64,000 nt of DNA from Lama glama (taxonomy: Eukaryota), in assembly GCA_028534125.1 (NCBI GenBank), contig CM052817.1:20400001-20464000 (forward strand), written 5' to 3'. The notes under the pieces were generated by a model. The model did no database searches and was not told the origin of the DNA. It saw only the letters and a program-made list of their open reading frames with translations. Every line of letters begins with the position of its first letter. Within the stretch, counting starts at the first letter, position 1. The position numbers and the translations under genes were made by a program. Of this stretch, positions 1 to 10,252 are shown piece by piece.

Positions 1-616
1 GGACCGGGTCCAGGACCGGACCGGACCTGGTCCGACCTAGAAAGCAGACCGGGTCCAGTGTGAGGCCTCGGGGAACAAAATGTCGTTTGAAGCCTGAAGA
101 AGTAGGTGTCAGAAACCAAACCCTGCCCTCTGACTGCAGCGAGCAGGAAGACCCGTTCATTGCAAGGGGTTTGACCTGCAAGGCGGCCGACCTTCGGCAG
201 CGGAAGCGACGTGTTCCGAGGCGCTCACAGACTCGCGAGTTTTTTATGTGGTAAATGCGGACGTTATTTGTTTTCTTCAGCAGAAGGGTTGCCTGCTGGT
301 CTGTTTCCCTATTTGGGGAGGGATAGCTGAGTCGAGGACCAGAAAGTCCAGAGATGGCATAAACAGACGATTATGCCATCTTTTGGCGATTGGCCGGCGT
401 CCTCTGCCGCTTCCTAGGAACTGCAAATTCTTGCAACTGAGGTAAAGTTTCGTTTTCTTAACTGCTCCTGCGTTGGCCAACTCCACTTTGTCCCCAACAT
501 AAGTGACTCCATTTTAGTTTGGGTTCTACAGGGGTTAACCCACCAAAGATATTAATATTGTTATAGTGGCCACAGTGGAGAACTTTTAACCGTTTATGAG
601 ATGCCCTAGAGAAAGT
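1..616. mobile_element. Probable ERV-derived sequence with a short GGACC-rich repeat at 1-56
   Basis: CpG-retaining segment with GGACC/GGTCC iterations, like ERV1 leader regions, abutting the LTR end. Family not identified. Confidence 0.35.
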
Positions 617-1790
617 GGTCTCAGCCAGCAGTCACTCTAAAGGTTAAAAGGAAAATTATTTTTCCTCCTCTGCAGTTTCTGGCGACCAGAATGAGACCCA
701 CAGGGACATCCCGCTGACCCTGGAGCCTGCAGATGGCATCCTGGCAAAACAGGCAGAAGCCGGCAAATGGTAAGAATTCCTCCTGTTGCCGGAGAATTGG
801 TTCTTGTCTCGGGCAGGAAAGAATCCAAAAGCGACGCATAGTAAAATGAAGGAAGTTTATTCAGGGAGATAGCACACTCCATAGACAATGTGGTGGTCTC
901 AAAAGGCAAGAGAGGTGTGGCGTTGTTTGTTTTTATGGGTTTGGTAATTTCATGTGCTAATGTGTAGGAGGATTATTCCAGCTATTTGGAGGAAGGGGCC
1001 AGGATTGCCAGGAAAGTCCCTCACCACTCTGCCTACTATTTGACCTTTTATGGGCAGCCTAGGAACTGTTGTGGTGCCTGTGAGTGTGCCATGAGGCTCA
1101 AGGTCTATAGGAAGTCAAATCTTCGACCCTCTTGGTTCTAAACAGTTTGTCCTGTCCTCAATTGCTGTGTTATTCCTTCATTGGTTTCGCTCAGCCCCCC
1201 TTTCCTTCCGTCCCACTACCTAAGTCAACTCTCCCATATGTCTATCTGTGGAGTCTGGTTGAGCGTGGAAGGTAAAATTTCACATTATCGCTTCCTTTCC
1301 AAAATCAGATTGGCAGAAAGAAAACATTGGTTATTGATCCCAGGGACAGCTGTTGCCTTTTTGTTTGTCTCATTTGTGTCCTGAGAACTTGGCTTGGCCA
1401 CCAACAGTTTGGGGACCCCCAAAATATGGTTGAACAGAAATGTGCGTTGCCTTCCATTTGCAGCTAGGGTCCTAATGAGTGCTGCCTGCCCTTAGGGGAA
1501 TTGTCTAAGTCTTGTTTTCTTTTGATTATTTCTCTTTGGGAGTGGCTCTGAATCCTGGGAGAGTAGCATCTTTTGCACCCTGCTGGGGACCCTTTTTGTG
1601 TGCATAGAGTTGTTCAGTATGGTCAGGAGTATTTCCTGTTTGTGCTGGCTGAGACTTGACAAAGCATTTGATAAGAGTTTTCCTTAAGCATCTCTAGGAT
1701 CAGAAGTTGGCTAGATTGGAAGCTGATGTTCAGAACTTGATAGGAACCATTTTTTAAGGCCTTCTCCTGTAAGCTAAAATGAAACTGTGT
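617..1790 (+). mobile_element. ERV1 (MER4/MER34-group-like) LTR 3' end, PBS and non-coding leader, interrupted by a solo LTR
   Basis: LTR-end motif GGAAATTATTTTTCCTCCTCTGCA ends at 674. A PBS-like TGGCGACCAGAATGAGAC lies at 680-697 and a donor ATG|GTAAGA at 769/770. Leader-like sequence resumes at 1216. No gag ORF. Confidence 0.65.
784..1215 (-). mobile_element. Solo ERV1-type LTR inserted antisense into the ERV leader
   Basis: TG...CA termini, minus-strand AATAAA (TTTATT 856-861), flanks CTCC/CTAC resembling a 4-bp TSD with one mismatch. Confidence 0.6.
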
Positions 1791-1949
1791 ACCCAAAGGG
1801 AAAGAAAAATATTCTGAAATGAATTTGTAACACTTACCAGAGACTTAAAAAAGAATATTTATATTTTAATCCAGAAATGAATACTACTATAGAAATTTTT
1901 TTTAAAAAAGTTAGAAACTTAGTCTAAGATAAAAAGAAAATGAAATGAA

Positions 1950-2281
1950 ATATACACCTAAAATGTATACAAAAGAATGGCCACTGGGGAATTATATAGG
2001 CAAAACTGGAAACAAATTCAATGTATTAAAAAAGGCAACTAATTAAATAAATCTTCATGTATTCATGAACTGGAGTACCCTGCTAGCACTGGAAATCATG
2101 TTTTATAAAGATACTTGACTCAGGAAATGCTTTGTTACTGATGAATTTTTAAACTTAAAAATTGTGCTATACTAGGATTATTGTAAGATTAAAATGATAA
2201 ATATGTAAAACACGTCATATAAGTAAGTAGATGTTTATATGTACATTCATGTAATGGGGGGGATATTACTAATGAGTTTTC
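1950..2281 (+). mobile_element. Old L1 (L1M-type) 3' fragment
   Basis: AT-rich stretch with the degenerate L1 3' motif ggcaaaactggaaacaa...aaataaatc..tgtattcatgaactggagtac. Confidence 0.45.
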
Positions 2282-2781
2282 NNNNNNNNNNNNNNNNNNN
2301 NNNNNNNNNNNNNNNNNNNNNNNNNNNNNNNNNNNNNNNNNNNNNNNNNNNNNNNNNNNNNNNNNNNNNNNNNNNNNNNNNNNNNNNNNNNNNNNNNNNN
2401 NNNNNNNNNNNNNNNNNNNNNNNNNNNNNNNNNNNNNNNNNNNNNNNNNNNNNNNNNNNNNNNNNNNNNNNNNNNNNNNNNNNNNNNNNNNNNNNNNNNN
2501 NNNNNNNNNNNNNNNNNNNNNNNNNNNNNNNNNNNNNNNNNNNNNNNNNNNNNNNNNNNNNNNNNNNNNNNNNNNNNNNNNNNNNNNNNNNNNNNNNNNN
2601 NNNNNNNNNNNNNNNNNNNNNNNNNNNNNNNNNNNNNNNNNNNNNNNNNNNNNNNNNNNNNNNNNNNNNNNNNNNNNNNNNNNNNNNNNNNNNNNNNNNN
2701 NNNNNNNNNNNNNNNNNNNNNNNNNNNNNNNNNNNNNNNNNNNNNNNNNNNNNNNNNNNNNNNNNNNNNNNNNNNNNNNNN
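2282..2781. other. Assembly gap (500 N)
   Basis: N run. Confidence 1.
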
Positions 2782-3042
2782 TCGGCTGGGCAAATCTGCC
2801 AACACTCCGGGGCTGCTCCCGGGGAGAGGTCGGAGCCGGGGACCGTGGGGGGAGGGAGGAAAGCCAGGAAGCTTCAGGGCCTCGGCAGCCTGGCCGCGCT
2901 TTTCTCCATGCCGTGCACGTCGGACCCATTTCCCACGCTGGTTTGGCTTGGCGGCGGAGTTGGTAGGGATGAGAGTAGGAAGGGCTGGAGACTAACTCCC
3001 ATTCGCAATGAGGAAACCACTCCACTGTGAAGGACGCGCTGG

Positions 3043-3055
3043 GCGCGCGCGCGCG

Positions 3056-3096
<41 letters not shown>
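3043..3096. repeat. (GC)11(AC)16 compound microsatellite
   Basis: Read directly from the sequence. Confidence 0.97.
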
Positions 3097-3098
<2 letters not shown>

Positions 3099-5150
3099 AG
3101 GAAAGAAATTTTAAGGGCACTGGGGAAAAGCCGCCCACTCTTTTGCCCCGCTCTGGTGTGCGCCTTAAGATTGTGCGCTGGAGCGGTGGGAGAATGTTTG
3201 AAGATGCACAGGGGCTTGTTCAAGTTTATGGTCTGGCAATGCAAGGAGAGCACAACCTATCTGCCCACGCGGCTGCCTGAAGTTTGCAAAATCTTAGTAA
3301 AGGTAGCTAGGAGAGTGAGTGCACTGCACCATATTGCCGCGTATCGGAATGCTCTGGCGCAAGGCCTCAGAGTGGAGCCGGCTTCCCTCTTTTGCCTTGG
3401 ACCCTGGGAAAAGGGGGACCGGGTGTCGGGGGAGGCAGGCGTTCGGATAAACCAGAGCTTCTCAAATAAAAGGGGAATTTGGCGTTACTGACACTTAGCC
3501 GGCAGCTAGCACGCTGCGGCGCGGGCCCCCGCCCCCGCCCACCGGCTCCAGACTGCGGCGGTGCGCACTGAGTCTGCGCGCGGGGCTTTTCTCGCTGATG
3601 CTGCAGATATAGAACGGAGAGGCTCTGGTGGAGGCCAGTGGGTAGGGGGTGGGAGGTCTGGGGGCGGAAAGGCCCGGTGCCTGGCCTCGGAGGAGGAGCC
3701 GCTACCCCCGCGTGCCGCTGTTTTAGCAGACTAGAAAATACACGCCAGCTTCCTGGCACATACCTACACACTCCCATCCTCCGCGCCTCTACGATCACCC
3801 ATAGGGAATGCTTGGAAATCTCTGCCGCCTCTCCCCCCGTTCCTGCTGGCTGCGCCCGCCTAAACAACCGCGAGATACATCTGCTCGTAGACTTTACTGG
3901 TGTTTGTCTTCTTTAAATCATTCTGCCTCCTCACACAAGTCTCGTAAAGGCAGAGTACCCACTCTGGACGAATTTCTTTCTCTTTTCTTCTTTTCGCTTT
4001 AAATTTTCCTTTAAGAGGAGGCCCTTCAGTGCCTATAGATTGAGCAGATCAGCTGAGGACCAACCAAATTCCAGCAGCAGCCCCTTTCCTTTTTTGAGGT
4101 GGTAAGAATTCTCCCCAGGTATTTCCTGCTCACCTCAACCCCCCTTATCCTGGCGGGGCCCGGTTGTTTAACAGCCGCTTAAATAAAGAGTATACGGCTC
4201 AGAGTATACAGTTCAGAAAACACAGCTAGAATTAAGATTCGATGAGGCCGGCTGCAGTGGCCGTGATTGGAAACTGGGGAAGCCTCGCGTCGGGGGAATA
4301 CCCTGTACGATCAAGTGGCACAAAGTCAAAAGAAGGAGAGAAAAGGAGCTAGGGACACTTCGGTACACAAAGTTGCCATTAAAGTTTATTTCCCTTTTAT
4401 CCAGATAGGTGACGCTACACTTTGCCAGTTACTAAAGGCTGCAGGTTTCTGCTCAGAAAAGAATATCGAGGCTTCCAACATGTGTTTAGTCCCCAGGCGC
4501 GCGCACACACACGGTCTACCCCCGTAAGCAAGCACGATGACAGGAATGCCAAGCATTTAAACAAAGACAGCCCCCCGCCGCCCAACCCCAGCCCTTCTAA
4601 CTCTGCGCTCCCAAAAAAGGATCCCTCTCCCTCTCTCTCTCTCTGGAGTTTGATGTTCTCTCTTAACCACTGCAGCCCATCATGGTTTCTCAGAACACCA
4701 GCGTGGCTCCTTGGGCGCACGCGGGGTCCCCGAAGCCACAGCTGACCATACCCCAGCCAAGATGCTAAATCGAGAACCACAGACACTTTGAGTGGTGGGG
4801 AACATCGTCTGAGAAGGGGGAGGAGGAGAAACGTTTCCTGACACCCGCTCCAGAGCTCTCACACACGCACTCGGCATTAGTCAGAGCTAGGAGGAAATTT
4901 ACCAGCCCCACGGAGGGAAAGCAAGTCCCCCCCGCAACTGGGAGGCCGCGGCTGCACTCACTGAGGAGGGAGAGGGGCAGATTTTGGTTTAAGGGGGACT
5001 TGTTAGAATTGTGCACACTTGGAGTGGCCTCCGAAGCTGAAGCTGGGCTTTCCGGAGCGGGGCGGCTGGTTGGTGCTCCCTCCTCTCTCCCTCCCGCCGG
5101 CACTCCTCCCTCCTTCTCTGAGAGTGTGTAGTTTCCGCGGCTCGGCTGCT

Positions 5151-5151
<1 letters not shown>

Positions 5152-5181
<30 letters not shown>
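5152..5181. repeat. (CCG)10 trinucleotide repeat
   Basis: Read directly from the sequence. Confidence 0.95.
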
Positions 5182-5725
5182 ACACCGCAGCAGCGTCAGG
5201 GACAAGCCTGAGCCTCGAGCTAGGCAGAGAGCTCCCAGCAGCAACCATCACTTTGGGAAAACTTGAGGGTTTCCGGCTCTCGGCTAGCGAGAGGGAGCTT
5301 CCCATTTGCCATTCAGTGTCTTTGAGCTGAGGCAGCCAAAGGGGCGGCGGGAGCTCCCGCACCAGACTCTCCCAGACAGAAAGGGGGCGAGACAACTGCG
5401 GAATTCACCCGCCGTGCCAGGGCACTTCCGAGGCAACAACCGACTGGCACTTTTTCTCCCCTTGGCAAACTGGATTTCTTTTTTTTTTTTTTAAGCTACT
5501 TGGCAGCTGTATCTGACTCCACCTCCCCTAACACCCTCCTCCCCGGTGCCTTTTCCTTTTTCTTCAGAAATCCGGACAGAATTGGGCATCTTTGTTAATT
5601 GCCGTTGGGGGAGCCTGGCCGGGGGCTTTCGCCAGGCCAACGTCGCCTGCGCGCCGAGCCTGGTTTGCTCACCTTTGAACTGCAAAGGGATCAAGTTCAG
5701 CTCGAGTTGCCAGCATTGGGACTTG

Positions 5726-5834
5726 GAGGAAGGAGAGAGAGCGTACTAGAGAGAGTGGGAGAAGGGGAAAGGGGAAAGGAGAGGAGGGAGGAGAGAGGAG
5801 GAGGAGAGAGAGGAGAGAGGGAGGGAGGGGAGGG

Positions 5835-5878
<44 letters not shown>

Positions 5879-5933
5879 AGAGGGAGAGGGAGAGGGAGGG
5901 AGAGAGAGAGAGCGCGCGCGGGGAGAGAGAGAG
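5726..5933. repeat. Polypurine (GA)n/(GGGA)n low-complexity tract
   Basis: About 200 bp almost purely G/A on +, including a pure (GA)n run at ~5838-5872. Confidence 0.95.
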
Positions 5934-6991
5934 GCTGCAATCTCCTCCCTGAATCGCGCACAGCGCTGCAGATCCCAGTGCTCTGACATGCGGGCCGAAT
6001 GCAGGTGAGGAAAGACACGGACTCTGCGGCTGCGAACCCAAACTTGGGCACCGCGAAGTGCGCACGGCTCAGGCTTCACCCCGCGGGCGAACGGCTGCTG
6101 CGGTTTCAGGCGGCGGCTTCGTGACTAATGACCTTGCGCAGAGTTGTTAAGAAAAAAGAGAAACCCGAGCTCTCGGGAGTGAGAAGGGACTGACTCTCCG
6201 GGCATCTCTGAAGATGGCTCGGGCTGCTCTTCAGCACACTGGGGGGACCCAGACGCGGACCGCTGTGTGACGCGAGTGGTCTCCACTGCACGGTGCCCGA
6301 AGCGACCTGCCGGGATTTTTCATTCTCGATCCGTTGCCTGGCTCCCCCGCTGCCTGAGCGGAGTCGGAGTTGAGACTGGCTTGTTGCTGACCCTATCGCC
6401 TCGTGCAGGAAGAGACTCACGTTTGCCTGGGCAGCCGGAGCAGAAGCTGGGTCTGGAGTGAGTGGCTGAAACGTGAATTGGACTCAACTCGAGTAGCAGC
6501 AAAGACCAGCGGGGTTGGCAGGCGGGGTAGGCTGCAGGCTCGCTCCCCTCCGCTTCCCGGCTCCACCGCCCGCCTCCCGGAGCGGTTCCGGCCCCATCCG
6601 ACAGAGCGGGGACGGTAGCTCGGGATCCTCCGCCCGCTGCGGGAATGACTCTGGGGGGGGGGGCGCCGAGTCCGCGGCGCGCAGTGTCCCGTGAACTGTG
6701 AGTACTGCGACTGAACGGCGGCCGGCAAGTGGGAGATTAGTACCCATTGCATGAATTATGAAACAATAACTTTCGGACGAAGCAGGAGGAAAAAAAAAAA
6801 GAAGGATCTATCGCTGGTCCCCCCTGGCTGACTCTGGACGTTGCTCTTGCCCCCTCCCTCCTCTTCCTCTCGCTTCTTCCCTTCCCGGAGAGGAGAGAGG
6901 ACTGGGAGGAGGGCAGGCGACCGGCCCCGGAGGCGGGGGGCGCCGAGGGGGCCGTGATTAGAAGGAGCAGTAGCAACAGCAGCAGGAGAAG

Positions 6992-9900
6992 ATGCTGAGG
7001 ATGCGGACCACGGGATGGGCGCGCGCCTGGTGCCTGGGCTGCTGTCTCCTCCTGCCGCTCTCACTCAGCCTGGCGGCCGCCAAACAACTCCTCCGGTACC
7101 GACTGGCCGAGGAGGGCCCAGCAGACGTCCGCATCGGCAACGTCGCCTCGGACTTGGGCATCGTGACCGGCTCCGGTGAGGTGACTTTCAGCCTCGAGTC
7201 GGGCTCGGAGTACCTGAAGATCGACAACCTCACCGGCGAGCTGAGTACGAGCGAGCGGCGCATCGACCGCGAGAAGCTGCCCCAGTGTCAGATGATCTTC
7301 GACGAGAACGAGTGCTTCCTGGACTTCGAGGTGTCGGTGATCGGGCCCTCGCAGAGCTGGGTGGACCTGTTCGAGGGTCGGGTCATCGTGCTCGACATCA
7401 ACGACAACACGCCCACCTTCCCGTCGCCCGTGCTTACGCTCACGGTGGAGGAGAACCGGCCCGTGGGCACTCTCTACCTGCTACCCACCGCCACCGACCG
7501 TGACTTCGGTCGCAACGGCATCGAGCGCTACGAGCTGCTCCAGGAGCCCGGGGGCGGCGGCGGCAGCGGCGAGGGCCGGCGGGCCGGGCCTGCCGACAGC
7601 GCCCCCTACCCTGGGGGCGGCGGGAACGGCGCGACCGGCGGCGGCGGCTCGGGTGGCTCCAAGAGGCGGCTGGACGCGCCGGAGGGTGGCAGCGGGACCA
7701 ACCCGGGAGGCCGCAGCAGCGTGTTCGAGCTGCAGGTGGCCGACACCCCGGATGGCGAGAAGCAGCCGCAGTTGATCGTGAAGGGGGCGCTGGACCGCGA
7801 ACAGCGCGACTCCTACGAGTTGACCCTACGGGTGCGCGACGGTGGCGACCCGCCTCGCTCCTCTCAGGCCATCCTGCGGGTGCTCATCACTGACGTGAAT
7901 GACAACAGCCCCCGCTTCGAGAAGAGCGTGTACGAGGCTGACTTGGCCGAGAACAGCGCCCCGGGGACCCCCATCCTGCAGCTGCGCGCCGCCGACCTGG
8001 ACGTGGGGGTCAACGGGCAGATTGAGTATGTGTTTGGGGCGGCTACTGAGTCCGTGAGGCGGCTGCTGCGCCTCGACGAGACGTCCGGCTGGCTCAGTGT
8101 CCTGCATCGTATCGACCGCGAGGAGGTGAACCAGCTGCGCTTCACTGTCATGGCCCGCGATCGCGGGCAGCCCCCCAAGACCGACAAAGCCACGGTGGTC
8201 CTCAATATCAAGGACGAGAACGACAATGTGCCGTCCATTGAAATCCGCAAGATCGGGCGTATCCCGCTCAAGGACGGGGTGGCCAACGTGGCCGAAGACG
8301 TTCTGGTCGACACCCCCATCGCCCTGGTGCAGGTGTCTGACCGAGACCAAGGCGAGAACGGAGTGGTCACCTGTACCGTGGTGGGCGACGTGCCCTTCCA
8401 ACTCAAGCCGGCCAGCGACACAGAGGGCGATCAGAACAAGAAAAAGTACTTTCTGCACACGTCTGCCCCTTTGGACTATGAGACCACTCGGGAGTTCAAC
8501 GTGGTCATAGTGGCGGTGGACTCGGGCAGCCCTAGCCTCTCCAGCAACAACTCCCTGATTGTCAAGGTGGGAGACACTAATGACAACCCTCCCGTCTTCG
8601 GCCAGTCGGTGGTGGAGGTTTACTTTCCCGAGAACAACATCCCTGGTGAGAGGGTAGCCACGGTGCTGGCGACAGACGCCGACAGCGGGAAAAACGCTGA
8701 GATCGCCTACTCTCTGGACTCTTCCGTCATGGGGATCTTTGCCATAGATCCCGATTCCGGGGACATCCTCGTCAATACGGTGCTGGACCGTGAGCAGACT
8801 GACAGGTATGAGTTTAAAGTTAACGCCAAAGACAAAGGCATCCCGGTGCTGCAGGGCAGCACCACTGTGATTGTGCAGGTGGCTGACAAGAATGATAATG
8901 ACCCTAAGTTTATGCAGGACGTCTTTACCTTTTATGTGAAGGAAAACTTGCAGCCCAACAGCCCCGTGGGAATGGTCACAGTGATGGATGCTGACAAGGG
9001 GCGCAATGCGGAGATGAGCCTGTACATAGAGGAGAACAGTAACATTTTTTCCATTGAAAATGACACAGGGACCATTTACTCCACCATGTCTTTTGACCGG
9101 GAACATCAGACCACATACACATTCAGAGTCAAGGCTGTGGATGGGGGAGATCCTCCCAGATCTGCAACAGCCACAGTCTCTCTCTTTGTGATGGATGAGA
9201 ATGACAACGCTCCCACCGTTACCCTTCCCAGAAACATTTCCTACACTTTACTGCCACCTTCAAGTAATGTCAGAACAGTAGTAGCTACAGTGTTGGCAAC
9301 AGACAGTGATGATGGCATCAATGCAGACCTTAACTACAGCATTGTGGGAGGGAATCCCTTCAAGCTGTTTGAGATTGATTCCACCAGTGGTGTGGTTTCC
9401 TTAGTGGGAAAACTCACCCAAAAGCATTATGGCTTGCACAGGTTGGTAGTGCAAGTGAATGACAGTGGGCAGCCTTCCCAGTCCACGACGACTCTGGTGC
9501 ATGTGTTTGTCAATGAAAGTGTTTCTAATGCAACTGTGATTGACTCCCAGATAGCCAGAAGTTTGCACACCCCACTTACCCAGGATATAGCTGGTGACCC
9601 AAGCTATGAAATTAGCAAACAGAGACTCAGTATTGTGATTGGGGTGGTTGCCGGAATTATGACAGTGATTCTAATCATCTTAATTGTAGTGATGGCAAGA
9701 TACTGCCGTTCCAAAAATAAAAATGGCTATGAAGCTGGCAAAAAAGATCATGAAGACTTTTTTACACCCCAGCAGCATGACAAATCTAAAAAGCCTAAAA
9801 AGGACAAGAAAAACAAAAAATCTAAGCAGCCTCTCTACAGCAGCATTGTCACTGTAGAAGCTTCTAAACCAAATGGACAGAGGTATGATAGTGTCAATGA

Positions 9901-10168
9901 GAAGCTGTCAGACAGCCCAAGCATGGGCCGATACCGATCAGTTAATGGCGGGCCCGGCAGTCCTGACCTGGCCAGGCATTACAAATCTAGTTCCCCATTG
10001 CCTACTGTCCAGCTTCACCCCCAATCACCAACTGCAGGAAAAAAACACCAGGCCGTACAAGATCTACCACCAGCTAACACATTTGTGGGAGCAGGAGACA
10101 ACATTTCAATTGGATCAGATCACTGCTCTGAGTACAGCTGTCAAACCAATAACAAGTACAGCAAACAG
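6992..10168 (+). CDS. PCDH7: Protocadherin-7 (BH-protocadherin, delta-1 protocadherin), coding exon 1, 1059 codons
   Basis: ORF starts MLRMRTTGWARAWCLGCCLLLPLSLSLA (signal peptide). It has repeated cadherin motifs (DINDNTP, DVNDNSP, DENDNVP, DTNDNPP, DKNDNDP, DENDNAP, LDRE/IDRE), a TM segment IVIGVVAGIMTVILIILIVVMA (~9632-9697) and a Lys-rich juxtamembrane tail. An in-frame TAG at 6971 precedes the ATG. Phase-0 donor CAG|GTAAGA at 10168/10169. Confidence 0.98.
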
Positions 10169-10252
10169 GTAAGATGCATCCCACATATGTTTAAGTATCT
10201 GAGACAGCATCTTCTACAAAGTTTTGTCTTCTCTCTGAAAGCTATTAGTTAA
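10169..10252 (+). CDS. PCDH7: Donor read-through (isoform b-type) tail VRCIPHMFKYLRQHLLQSFVFSLKAIS*
   Basis: The ORF continues 27 codons past the donor to TAA. The start resembles the recalled human isoform b tail VRCIPNIFKYPREG. Confidence 0.6.
   Translation, partial: VRCIPHMFKYLRQHLLQSFVFSLKAIS

Larger units (their letters stand above)
2782..8560. promoter_or_regulatory. CpG island / PCDH7 promoter, 5' leader and 5' half of exon 1
   Basis: High GC and CpG density against AT-rich flanks; GC boxes CCCCGCCCCCGCCC at 3527-3540. Boundaries approximate. Confidence 0.85.

Noticed and set aside
1..56. GGACC iterations as a CRISPR-like array
   Set aside because: Short irregular repeat without spacers, in mammalian DNA.
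2189..3253. Long ORFs spanning N runs (also 28933-29638)
   Set aside because: Artefacts of translating assembly gaps.
2874..3491. ARAR/THTH/CVCV ORFs
   Set aside because: Translations of the (GC)n(AC)n microsatellite.
5003..6079. Poly-Ala, ERER and SLSL ORFs
   Set aside because: Translations of CCG and GA repeats in the promoter.
7826..9106. 426-aa antisense ORF, plus other ORFs overlapping exon 1
   Set aside because: Shadow of the GC3-rich PCDH7 codon usage; no recognisable domain.
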